Origin: an uncultured Candidatus Poseidoniales archaeon
GTDB lineage: Archaea; Thermoplasmatota; Poseidoniia; Poseidoniales; Poseidoniaceae
Assembly (NCBI GenBank): GCA_905182125.1
Contig: CAJJAV010000008.1
Location: 3,974-67,973 of the forward strand
Reading direction: 5' to 3'
DNA length: 64,000 nucleotides
Shown: positions 9,223 to 17,786 of the stretch, one piece after another
How the letters are laid out: the number at the start of each line of letters is the position of its first letter
How positions within the stretch are numbered: the stretch's first letter is position 1
Translations under genes and position numbers: made by a program
Notes under the pieces: generated by a model
What the model was told of the DNA's origin: nothing
Databases searched by the model: none
Seen by the model: only the letters and a program-made list of their open reading frames with translations

Positions 9223-10200
9223 ATGGTTGGTCTATTTTCTCGAACCGTTGTCGCCGCCACAGTGCGGATGCCAAAATGGTTCGTAGGCTGGGTTTCTCGT
9301 CGCTATGTCGCAGGTTCAACGCTCGAGGATGCGGTTGGTATAATGAAACGGCTAAGTTCTGAAGGGGCTTGCTTTACCATTGATGTTCTCGGTGAAGAAA
9401 TAACTTCAATCGCTGAAGCACAATACTTCCTCGATGAATATGTTCGCGTCGTCGATGCCATCACCGAACACAAACTGGATGCTAATCTTTCCATCAAGCC
9501 AACGGCCTTTGGTCTTCTGGTGGATAAAGAACAAGGCATGGTCAACATTGAAAAAATTGTCCGTATGGCCCATGAGAGGGACATGTTTGTGCGTTTAGAC
9601 ATGGAAGACCACCGGGTGACCACGGACACTATACAGGTTGTCCTGGACCTCCACAAGCAAGGTTTGACAAATGTTGGCACTGTCCTCCAAGGTCGATTAT
9701 TTCGAACCCTTGATGACATCAATGAACTTGAAGTCGAACTTGGTCCTGCTGCCGATTACAGAATCTGCAAAGGCATTTACTTGGAACCCGAAGACATCTC
9801 CTACACTGGCTATCAAGACATTGTGGATGCAACGAATGCATGCATCGATCGAATGCTAGCTGCTGGTGCCTACTGTTCCATTGCCAGCCATGACCTTCCC
9901 GTGATCAAGTACGCAACATCTGCCCTCGAATCTTACGGCATGGGTCCCGGCATTGCTGATCCACGACCGAACGCCGGTAAGGTTCGAAATTTCAAAGGCC
10001 CAGGCTATGAATTCCAAATGTTGCTCGGAGTACGAGGACCGATGAGGCGGAAACTAGCAGCAGCCGGCCATCGAACCCGAGTGTACATTCCGTATGGGGA
10101 AAAGTGGTATGAGTACAGCATACGTCGTTTAAAGGAAAACCCAACAGTGGGGGCGCAAGTTGCAAAGGCATTCTTGATGCCATGGTCCAACCGACCGTGA
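9223..10200 (+). CDS. Proline dehydrogenase (PRODH, PutA-like catalytic domain)
   Basis: Seen: FTIDVLGEE, LSIKPTAFG, RICKGIYLEP, ASHD, EFQMLLGVR, RVYIPYGEKWYEYSIRRLKENP. The start is uncertain (9205/9223); GGGAG precedes 9223. Confidence 0.85.
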   Translation: MVGLFSRTVVAATVRMPKWFVGWVSRRYVAGSTLEDAVGIMKRLSSEGACFTIDVLGEEITSIAEAQYFLDEYVRVVDAITEHKLDANLSIKPTAFGLLVDKEQGMVNIEKIVRMAHERDMFVRLDMEDHRVTTDTIQVVLDLHKQGLTNVGTVLQGRLFRTLDDINELEVELGPAADYRICKGIYLEPEDISYTGYQDIVDATNACIDRMLAAGAYCSIASHDLPVIKYATSALESYGMGPGIADPRPNAGKVRNFKGPGYEFQMLLGVRGPMRRKLAAAGHRTRVYIPYGEKWYEYSIRRLKENPTVGAQVAKAFLMPWSNRP

Positions 10201-10977
10201 TCAGCGTCGTGGCCTTTTGTGCTTCTTGTGATCAGGTTTGACGCCTTTTTTGATGATTTCATTTGGTAGCACTGGGTTTGGATTGAATCCGAGCCGTCCT
10301 TCTTTCCACGCTTGACGTCGTTCCCGTGGTGTGCGTGGTTCGAAATGTTCCGGGTTTGGAGGTTCGTGGAGGTACATTCGCTTGATGTCTGGTGCGTCAA
10401 CGGTTCCTCGCAAGGTACGTCCACGTCCTGTGTGAATCGCACGGATGCGCCACTCTATTCCTTCGATGTCGATTAAAAATCCAGCAGTGTAGGTTTTATC
10501 CTCACCAACAATCAAGACATCTGATTCAGATTCTTCTCCACGTGTCATGGTGATTTTCACTCGAACCATGTCTGAACGCAAAGCAGAGGCTCTGGCGATG
10601 AGGGTCGCTTCGGCTCGCTTTGCTTGCCGTCCATTCTTGAGTTCGATTTGATTGATCTTCCAAAGTTTGTCGCCATCTTTGAAAACGTCTTCGAGTTCAA
10701 TCATTTCATCTGCATCGATTTCAAGCTTGGTGGTGCTTGAAGACGGTCCTTCTGTGAGGATAAATGGGATTTCTACGACGGGTGGTGGGCGAATGTGAAC
10801 GGTGTGAACTTTGTTGCAATCGATGCACTTCACGAGGTAATCTGCGCCGGTACCTTTGCTTTTCTCATTCAGGATCTCGTGACCAGTCAGGTCGTCACAG
10901 ACGGGGCAATGGACTGCGTTTTCCAAGAAGACTTCTTCTTCTTCAAAAAAATCTTCCCCTTCTTCCGGCTCATCCAT
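10201..10977 (-). CDS. Conserved archaeal Zn-finger protein (COG1326/HVO_0476-like)
   Basis: Seen: acidic N-terminus, a CPVCD...CIDCNKVH zinc ribbon, a beta-rich middle and a basic tail. The family is recalled from memory. Confidence 0.65.
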   Translation of the reverse strand: MDEPEEGEDFFEEEEVFLENAVHCPVCDDLTGHEILNEKSKGTGADYLVKCIDCNKVHTVHIRPPPVVEIPFILTEGPSSSTTKLEIDADEMIELEDVFKDGDKLWKINQIELKNGRQAKRAEATLIARASALRSDMVRVKITMTRGEESESDVLIVGEDKTYTAGFLIDIEGIEWRIRAIHTGRGRTLRGTVDAPDIKRMYLHEPPNPEHFEPRTPRERRQAWKEGRLGFNPNPVLPNEIIKKGVKPDHKKHKRPRR

Positions 10978-11080
10978 GATGGTTCCCCATGGTAGGCGCG
11001 GAATCACTCTCGTTTGAAGTCACCGGCCGTGCACACGGTTTGATGCGAGCCTTGAAGGGGGTGTCACATGAGGGATTCTC

Positions 11081-11824
11081 ATGGCCACCGCAGATGATGC
11101 CGCTCCACCAGTGGACAAAGCGGATGTCCTCGCACAACTGCTCTCTGCTGATCCCTTGCGTAGCAGGGATGAACCTGATATTGCGGGGAACATTGGCGGA
11201 CAACTCAAACACATGGGGCTATCCACCTGGTCGATTTCTGCACACCGTCGCCTGCGGGATGCCCTCGGTCGTTTGAGGCCGAACAGGGTCATTGAAGTGG
11301 GTGGTGGCATTGGTCATCGTTCTGCTTGGATCTATGACTTGTTCACCGTCGATGATTTCACTCCAGAACGCTATGATATCATCGAAAATGGGGCAAAGTT
11401 TGCCGTCATTCTTCACCGGTTGATGACTCGGCATGAGGCTCAATCCTACACAAAAATCGTCGTCGGGGTGCTTGATGCACTCGTTGGAGAAACACTGGCT
11501 TGGAAAGCCGCATCCTCCACCGGTTTGGAAGTGGGGGAAGCTCCGATTCAACCAGAAGCGGATGCCATTATTGTCGATGGGACCTCTGCTGTGCGTGCTC
11601 GGAATGTTGAATTAATGCTTCCCTTTTTGGCTACCGGTGGCGTTCTCTTCACTTTGGAACCTGACATGCCTGTTGGCGATGTCGAGCCTGATGATGTTGA
11701 CGGAATGGCACTGGTCGATGGGTTCAATGCTTGGATTAAACTCATTCAATCATGCAGTGCAACCCATCATGTTGGTTTCATGCCCTTGTTTGGTGGCACA
11801 CTTGTGGCCATGACGCAGCGCTGA
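11081..11824 (+). CDS. Class I SAM-dependent (O-)methyltransferase, COG4122-like
   Basis: Seen: SAM motif I VIEVGGGIGHRS, and ADAIIVDG ... GGVLFTLEP. GAGGGA lies 7 nt upstream of the ATG. Confidence 0.7.
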   Translation: MATADDAAPPVDKADVLAQLLSADPLRSRDEPDIAGNIGGQLKHMGLSTWSISAHRRLRDALGRLRPNRVIEVGGGIGHRSAWIYDLFTVDDFTPERYDIIENGAKFAVILHRLMTRHEAQSYTKIVVGVLDALVGETLAWKAASSTGLEVGEAPIQPEADAIIVDGTSAVRARNVELMLPFLATGGVLFTLEPDMPVGDVEPDDVDGMALVDGFNAWIKLIQSCSATHHVGFMPLFGGTLVAMTQR

Positions 11825-11825
11825 T

Positions 11826-13079
11826 TCATTCAGATTCTGGGTTTGCTGCCTCAATCAGGGCTTTGATTTGAAGCAGTCCGTAGCCGTAGTTATCGTCGTG
11901 TCCTTCTTGGTTGGCCTTTGGCAGCGAAGATTGTTGAATCAATTCTTTGACTTGATTAATGTTCGAGATGCTTCCTTGCGACCCATTCGTAGCCAGCTCA
12001 GGATTGTTTTGGAGCAGCAGTGCAATCGCCCCTGTGACGTAGACAGTTGCCGCGCTCGTTCCATCGCTCAGCGACCAAGTTCCTTCCTTGTTGATGACTG
12101 CAACAGATTGCGCAGGTGCTACAATCTCAGGCTTCTTGTGCGGGTCTGATCGTGGAGTCAGAATTGGAAGCGGCCACAACCGTCCGTTGTTATCGCCAAC
12201 TGAGGACCCTTCCCAGTGGGTTCCCGATTGCTTTACACCTCCAACACAAATAACCGATGTTTCACTGCAAGGCGTAGCAACATCACCATCGTCATTCTCG
12301 CCACCGTCGTTGCCTGCTGCGGCGATCACAAAGATTCCAGACTCAGCTGCATCTTCAGCAGCCTGTGCAGAGGAACGTCCTGCTCCAAAGTTGAACGGCA
12401 GAATGCCGGGAGCACCGCCGAGGGAAAGGGAGATGATGTCTGCCCCGTTGCTTGCGCACCAATCGATGGCCTCTGCGACATCACTGTCGTCGCCTGAGCC
12501 ATTTTCTGCCAGTGCTTTAGCAACCAGCAGGTTGACCTTCGGCGCAATGCCTTGCATCCACCCATCTGCTACCAACAGACCAGCCATGCTGGTCCCATGA
12601 CCGTGATCGTCGTAAGGGGCCGAAGAAGTTCCAACGAAATCTTTCCATTTGGTGATCTTGAGTGACTTGAGGTCTTGGTGTTCGGTGTTGAGTCCCGAAT
12701 CAACGATGCATACCGTCACGCCAGAGCCATCTAAGGAGACCTGATCGCGTTGAATCATATCGACATACACTTCTTGCGCTTCCAAAGCGCCAGCACCAGG
12801 ACGATACCCAGTTATTTCGCCAACATCGACCAGAATGAAACCAACGTAAGCAAGGCTCCCAATCATCAAGAAGGCGAGACTAAAACTCACAATACGTTTG
12901 GCCAATCGAATATCTGAATCTAAATGATTTGGCCCCTGCAACACCGACTCCGGGGTTGGTGCGATTGGCGGTAAAACAAACAGTGGAGGTTCATTTGAGG
13001 TGGTCGTCGATGGAGTCGCTGGCACCCCTTCATCGCTTGGTGAAGTGGTGGCATCCTGCCATTCGAATGTTTCATCCAT
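11826..13079 (-). CDS. Membrane-anchored subtilisin-like serine protease (S8)
   Basis: Seen: Asp VCIVDSGL, His HGHGTSMAG, Ser SDGTSAATVYVTG. An N-terminal TM helix is present. The ATG at 13079 is 5 nt after the upstream stop. Confidence 0.85.
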   Translation of the reverse strand: MDETFEWQDATTSPSDEGVPATPSTTTSNEPPLFVLPPIAPTPESVLQGPNHLDSDIRLAKRIVSFSLAFLMIGSLAYVGFILVDVGEITGYRPGAGALEAQEVYVDMIQRDQVSLDGSGVTVCIVDSGLNTEHQDLKSLKITKWKDFVGTSSAPYDDHGHGTSMAGLLVADGWMQGIAPKVNLLVAKALAENGSGDDSDVAEAIDWCASNGADIISLSLGGAPGILPFNFGAGRSSAQAAEDAAESGIFVIAAAGNDGGENDDGDVATPCSETSVICVGGVKQSGTHWEGSSVGDNNGRLWPLPILTPRSDPHKKPEIVAPAQSVAVINKEGTWSLSDGTSAATVYVTGAIALLLQNNPELATNGSQGSISNINQVKELIQQSSLPKANQEGHDDNYGYGLLQIKALIEAANPESE

Positions 13080-13084
13080 AATAA

Positions 13085-14302
13085 TCAACTAAAGGCTTGT
13101 ACCGCTTCTTCAAAAGTGTCAGCAAAAAGTTTTGCTTCTTCTTCTGTGTTGTAAAAATATGCTGAGGCTCTGAGGGATCCGTTCGGATGGCCACGATCAT
13201 GGAACCAAGAATGAACACAATGCTGTCCACTTCGAACCATCACACCTGCGACTTCATCCAGTAAAATAGCGATGTCATGAGTTGGCAATTCGTTCATCAG
13301 AATTGAACAAATGCCACCGCGGAGGGCGGGGTCTTCAGGTCCAATAATGTCCACAGCGTCAAGGTCACGGATGGGTTTGCTCATGATTCGATTTAATTTT
13401 ATTTCATGCTCTTTGATGGCATCCATATCAAATTCCGAGAGGTATTCTACGGCAGCGCCGCTTGCAAGCATCCCGGCAAAGTTACCCAACCCACCCTCAA
13501 ACCGACCAGGCGGTGGAGCCCATTCAAACGAATCATAGGTTGCACTCTGTACGGTTTGACCCCCGGCTTGGATGGTGCGCAGGCCATCCAAAAGATCGTA
13601 CCTTCCCCAGAGCGCACCCATACCGGAAGGTCCACACATTTTGTGCAGTGAAAAAGCGAGGAAGTCAATGTCCAGTGCCTTTACGTCGACCTTCATGTGG
13701 GGCGTTGATTGGGCTCCGTCCACGCACATGAGTGCGCCATGGTCATGGGTGATTTTTGTGATCTCCTTAATCGGGAGGCACACACCATCCAAGTTTCCAA
13801 CATGGCCCATTGATACCAACTTCAACTTCGATCCTGCGTCAGCACATGCCGCCTCAAACGTCTCTAGATCAAAGGTGTTGTCAGGTTTGGAAGCCACCAC
13901 TCGATGGTCAATACCTTGTTCTTTCTCGAGTTGGAGCCACGGGACTAAATTGGAATTATGTTCTCTGTCCGTTGTTAATACGACATCGCCTTCGTTCCAT
14001 TCAAGACCATGAGCGACCTGGTTAAGGGAGTGCGTGGCGTTGCGAGTAAAGACGACTTCGCTGTTGGCCTCGGCGTTGATGAAGGATGCGATGTTGCTTC
14101 GGGCAGTCCGAACGCCCTGGGAGACCTTTGTTCCATACCGATGAACTGAACGTCCACCACACGCTGGATTGACCAAGTAATACTCCTGGACCGCATCAAC
14201 GACACTGTCAGGTTTCAATGTGACACATGCATTGTCGAGGTATGCGGGGGTGTCTTCCAACCGGAGGGTTGGGAAATCCTCTCTTCGTTGTTTAAAATTC
14301 AT
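13085..14302 (-). CDS. Cysteine desulfurase / class V aminotransferase (SufS/CsdA-like)
   Basis: Seen: PLP-Lys motif FSLHKMCGPSG and catalytic Cys RSGQHCVHSW. The ATG at 14302 overlaps the upstream stop by 1 nt (TGATG). Confidence 0.85.
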   Translation of the reverse strand: MNFKQRREDFPTLRLEDTPAYLDNACVTLKPDSVVDAVQEYYLVNPACGGRSVHRYGTKVSQGVRTARSNIASFINAEANSEVVFTRNATHSLNQVAHGLEWNEGDVVLTTDREHNSNLVPWLQLEKEQGIDHRVVASKPDNTFDLETFEAACADAGSKLKLVSMGHVGNLDGVCLPIKEITKITHDHGALMCVDGAQSTPHMKVDVKALDIDFLAFSLHKMCGPSGMGALWGRYDLLDGLRTIQAGGQTVQSATYDSFEWAPPPGRFEGGLGNFAGMLASGAAVEYLSEFDMDAIKEHEIKLNRIMSKPIRDLDAVDIIGPEDPALRGGICSILMNELPTHDIAILLDEVAGVMVRSGQHCVHSWFHDRGHPNGSLRASAYFYNTEEEAKLFADTFEEAVQAFS

Positions 14303-15480
14303 CACCAAGCCTCCACGTCAGATAGGAAATCTAAAACCGGGGCGTTGATGCCACACGATGGACAATCGTATCGTGTTGGTGCAGGAACGTTGCATGTCGG
14401 GCAAACTTTTCCAACCATGGAATTTGTTGTGCAAGCCTTTGTTGGACAGGGGACGAGAAGATCTCCTTTTGCGTTTCTTGTGACCATCACCTCGGCTTCA
14501 CACTCAGGGCAAAAAGAACCTGAGCGAGGATGGTCTGAATTGCCTGCCTTGGCCAACTCTGCATCGGCCGCTATGGCTGCCTTTGTACGAACCACCGTGT
14601 CTTGACCTAGCATTCTTTGCGGATACCATATGACCATCATGAACACAGGTAGTGTCAGGAGGCCTGAGACGATGTGGAGGGCGAGGAAGCTAGCGTCACC
14701 ACCTATTCTGTCAGCTATGTAATGCGCTCCCGACCATGCAGAGAGCATGGTCATAGCGGTCCATGTCGCCAAGAGGAATCCCCACGAACGCAGGGAATGC
14801 TCGGCCATTTCCATTTCCATCAATCGGACATCTTCGTGCAGATGGTATTCCTCGATATGCATATCGCGGGTTTCTGTGACTGCCTTCCAAAAGAAGTAGA
14901 TGAAGAAAAGAACAACCAACACAATCAGTGTTCCAATCATCGTGTCCGAAAGGACGATGTCTCGGGGGAATGCTGGGTTTGATTCGTGGTACAGGACTTG
15001 AGCGAGTACGAAAAGATTCCAAAATACCAACAGCGAGATAGCGTGGGCGCGCATGATTGGGAATTTACTCCAAATTTGGATGGCAAACCAACCCCATACG
15101 ATGAATGAGATGAGAATCTGAAGGAAGGCAAAACCCGAGATGGCTTGAATTCCTTCAGCGCCAATGACCTTTGGATCGCCGCCGCTGATGATTTCCGGTG
15201 AGAGGGAGCCGAGAAGGAAGGCCACTGCACCGAGTGCGATCGTAAACCAATGACCTCTTTCCCACTCATGAATGGCTAAGCGAACCTGAAACTTAAGCTC
15301 ACATTGAATCGTATCGAGGGGTCGGGCGATGGGGTGGATGTTTCCAAATGAGAAAAAAGGTTCAAAATCCCGCAATCTAAACGGCATTTCTCCATGGACA
15401 CCGGTGGTCATCGAACCTCCTTCTGCCACCTCATCTTCATGAAGCATGACGGCAGATACGGGGTCCCCATCCTCGCTCAT
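14302..15480 (-). CDS. Polytopic membrane protein with C-terminal tandem zinc ribbons, unknown function
   Basis: Seen: about 7 hydrophobic helices, then CPECEAEV...PCPTKAC...CPTCN...CPSCG. I recognise no family. Confidence 0.65.
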   Translation of the reverse strand: MSEDGDPVSAVMLHEDEVAEGGSMTTGVHGEMPFRLRDFEPFFSFGNIHPIARPLDTIQCELKFQVRLAIHEWERGHWFTIALGAVAFLLGSLSPEIISGGDPKVIGAEGIQAISGFAFLQILISFIVWGWFAIQIWSKFPIMRAHAISLLVFWNLFVLAQVLYHESNPAFPRDIVLSDTMIGTLIVLVVLFFIYFFWKAVTETRDMHIEEYHLHEDVRLMEMEMAEHSLRSWGFLLATWTAMTMLSAWSGAHYIADRIGGDASFLALHIVSGLLTLPVFMMVIWYPQRMLGQDTVVRTKAAIAADAELAKAGNSDHPRSGSFCPECEAEVMVTRNAKGDLLVPCPTKACTTNSMVGKVCPTCNVPAPTRYDCPSCGINAPVLDFLSDVEAW

Positions 15481-15556
15481 GGACGGCGTAAGAGGTCAAC
15501 ATATGAGTTCTTTCGCCCGTTCTGACTGCGAATGGCTTGAGAAGCAATCAGTGAGC

Positions 15557-15562
15557 ATTAAA
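15557..15562 (+). promoter_or_regulatory. TATA-like ATTAAA upstream of tRNA-Ser
   Basis: Seen: 28-33 nt upstream of the tRNA 5' end at 15590. The assignment is inference. Confidence 0.3.
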
Positions 15563-15589
15563 CGCAGAAGCCGAGTCGCCGGGTTACAA

Positions 15590-15675
15590 GCCGAGATCGC
15601 ATAGCCTGGTATTGCGCGCGACTGGAAATCGTGTTTCCTTTGGATTCGGGAGTTCAAATCTCTCTCTCGGCGCCA
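15590..15675 (+). tRNA. tRNA-Ser (anticodon GGA), long variable arm, CCA encoded
   Basis: Seen, folded by hand: acceptor GCCGAGA/TCTCGGC, anticodon stem CGCGA/TCGTG with loop CTGGAAA, variable arm TCC-TTT-GGA, T arm GGGAG-TTCAAAT-CTCTC, discriminator G, then CCA. Confidence 0.9.
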
Positions 15676-15771
15676 CTTCTTACTTTCCTTCACGTTGCAT
15701 GTGCTGTACTTCATCCCCTTCACGGGTTCCTTCGGGCAACATGTGAGCAAGCATAACGTTGGGATCTTTAC

Positions 15772-15846
15772 TGGAGCCACCGGCGAGAATTGAACTCGCG
15801 ACCTCCTCATTACCAATGAGGTGCTATACCGCTAAGCCACGGTGGC
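15772..15846 (-). tRNA. tRNA-Thr (anticodon GGU), CCA encoded
   Basis: Seen, reverse complement folded by hand: acceptor GCCACCG/CGGTGGC, anticodon stem CCTCA/TGAGG with loop TTGGTAA, T arm GCGAG-TTCAATT-CTCGC, discriminator T, then CCA; 75 nt. Confidence 0.9.
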
Positions 15847-15872
15847 AGTAATGCTGGCGACTTACCGGACCA

Positions 15873-15878
15873 ATATAA
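15873..15878 (-). promoter_or_regulatory. TATA-like TTATAT upstream of tRNA-Thr
   Basis: Seen: 27-32 nt upstream of the tRNA 5' end at 15846. The assignment is inference. Confidence 0.35.
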
Positions 15879-15991
15879 CCGCTTCGCGTCTGAATGAAGG
15901 TATGGAAATGATACAGGTCTGCTATGTGATGGCCTCAAAGCCTATAAGGTGATTTTTAGAAATATTCTTTTGGAGAAGGCAACTTCTCTGG

Positions 15992-16189
15992 ATGGGATGG
16001 AATATGCAGCGAGAGCTTGAAACAAAAACGGAGATGCGTCAACGAATGCGCGATCTCCAGAGCCAGGTAGATGAATTGAAAGACCTCGTGAACACGTTAC
16101 TCAGTGTCATATGTGAGGAACCGGATGGTGTGCACAGTGGAGCAGCACCGACCATTCCTGGTCAACCAGCAAATAACTACTGTATGTGA
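15992..16189 (+). CDS. Small coiled-coil protein (65 aa), hypothetical
   Basis: Seen: an A/T-rich TTTTTAGAAATATT box lies 26-39 nt upstream and GGAGAAGG lies 12 nt upstream. There is a heptad-like ELETKTEMRQRMRDLQSQVDELKDLVNTLL, and the stop is 2 nt from the rtcB stop. No homology recognised. Confidence 0.35.
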   Translation: MGWNMQRELETKTEMRQRMRDLQSQVDELKDLVNTLLSVICEEPDGVHSGAAPTIPGQPANNYCM

Positions 16190-16191
16190 CG

Positions 16192-17667
16192 TCATCCTTT
16201 GATGACTGCCAGTGGACTCAATCGAGCAACTGGCCTTGCAAGGTCCGCAGCATGTGTTAGTGCAATGACCTCATCGACGTCTTTGTAGGCATCAGGCGCT
16301 TCTTCAGCCAGTACATTTGGTGTCGATGCGTGGATCCGTATGCCCTTTGCTTCCAACGTTCTCTTCAACTCTTTCCCATCAATTGTGTTCTTGGCTTTGG
16401 TGCGTGAAAGTGCACGCCCTGCACCATGACATGATGATCCAAAGGCGCGGTTCATTCCCTTCTTTGGGCCCGACATCAGCCAAGATCCTGTGCCCATATC
16501 CCCGGGTACAAGGACCGGTTGTCCACTTTTATCATAGACGGAGTTTACATCGCTGTGATCGCCTCCGAAGGCTCGCGTAGCACCCTTTCTATGAACGCAG
16601 CACGTGCAGTCTTTTCCATCGATGGTGTGCTTCTCGACCTTGGCAATGTTGTGTGCCACATCGTACAAAACCCGTGCTTCTCCATCGGTGCCTAATTCTA
16701 ATCGTAGCACTTCTCGAAGACGATGAGCGAGGGCACTTCTGTTGGCAAAGGCAAAGTTTGCTGCAGCGTTCATTGCGTCAAAGTAAGATTGCCCCTCCTT
16801 GCTGTGGAAGGGGGCTGATGCCAATTGACGATCTGCCAAACTGTAGCCCCATTCCTCATCGACCCATTGATTGCCTTGGGCTTTGTAACGGCCTTCCAGT
16901 GCTCTGACGTGATCGCTGCATACTTGATGGCCGAGTCCACGAGAACCAGAATGAATCATCGCAACCAGTTGACCTTCATACAATCCCCATGCTTCCGCTG
17001 TTTCTGCATCGACTGTTTTGCCGACCGTTTGAAGTTCGAGAAAATGGTTGCCGCTACCGAGGGTGCCAAGAGCACGGAGGCCCCGTTCCCTTGCACGGGT
17101 CGAAATGGCTGCTTCTTCGGTGACCAAACGACCGCTTGATTCTATGTTTTGAATGTCTTCATGGAAACCAAATCCGAGGTCCGCCGCCGCATGAGCGCCA
17201 CCTTGAATCAATTCATCGAGTTGGCGAGCGTCAATGTCAAGCCCGCCCTTTCCAGATGCACCAGCAGGAATTCGACCAGCAAGCCGACCCGCTAATTTTT
17301 TGAGATTCGGGATGTCTGATTCAGTGGCATCTAGAGCCAACATTCGAACGCCGCAGTTGATGTCAAAGCCAACGCCACCCGGTGAGATGGCTCCACCGAG
17401 TTCACCTGCTTCTGTATCGGTCGCAATCACGCCTCCAATTGGGAGGCCGTAACCGTAATGCCAATCAGCCATCGCCCAAGCTTCGCCGACGATTCCTGGC
17501 AGTGAGGCTGCGTTGACCAGCTGCTCTGGTCCACGATCATCGCCATGTTTTCTCAGATGGTCTGCATCGGTGACGAGGCGTGCATCGACCTTCATTTGTC
17601 CATGTGCCTTGATTCGCATTGTCCCATCACCCTCATCCACGAGGTGGGTGCGCCAATCTTCGCCCAT
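16192..17667 (-). CDS. rtcB: RNA-splicing ligase RtcB
   Basis: Seen: GSGNHFLE, HSGSRGLGHQ, PGDMGTGS, SCHGAGR and the C-terminal AVIKG. Confidence 0.95.
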   Translation of the reverse strand: MGEDWRTHLVDEGDGTMRIKAHGQMKVDARLVTDADHLRKHGDDRGPEQLVNAASLPGIVGEAWAMADWHYGYGLPIGGVIATDTEAGELGGAISPGGVGFDINCGVRMLALDATESDIPNLKKLAGRLAGRIPAGASGKGGLDIDARQLDELIQGGAHAAADLGFGFHEDIQNIESSGRLVTEEAAISTRARERGLRALGTLGSGNHFLELQTVGKTVDAETAEAWGLYEGQLVAMIHSGSRGLGHQVCSDHVRALEGRYKAQGNQWVDEEWGYSLADRQLASAPFHSKEGQSYFDAMNAAANFAFANRSALAHRLREVLRLELGTDGEARVLYDVAHNIAKVEKHTIDGKDCTCCVHRKGATRAFGGDHSDVNSVYDKSGQPVLVPGDMGTGSWLMSGPKKGMNRAFGSSCHGAGRALSRTKAKNTIDGKELKRTLEAKGIRIHASTPNVLAEEAPDAYKDVDEVIALTHAADLARPVARLSPLAVIKG

Positions 17668-17786
17668 AGTGATGCGTTGGGTGAATCACCTTTGAGCGTT
17701 GTTCAAGACATTTAGACGAATCCACAACACAGGTTTCAAGGGGGATGTGTCGCTCGCAGAAAGCGTTCCTCCTTGGGCGTGTTGCT

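Noticed and set aside
15568-15595. Duplicated AAGCCGAG (15568-15575 and 15588-15595) at the 5' end of tRNA-Ser as a possible att site or integration scar
   Set aside because: It is only 8 nt and involves the 5' rather than the 3' part of the tRNA. No integrase, excisionase or foreign-looking genes flank the tRNAs.
15496-15816. 106-aa minus-strand ORF
   Set aside because: It spans both hand-folded tRNA genes (Ser 15590-15675, Thr 15772-15846), so it is not a plausible protein.
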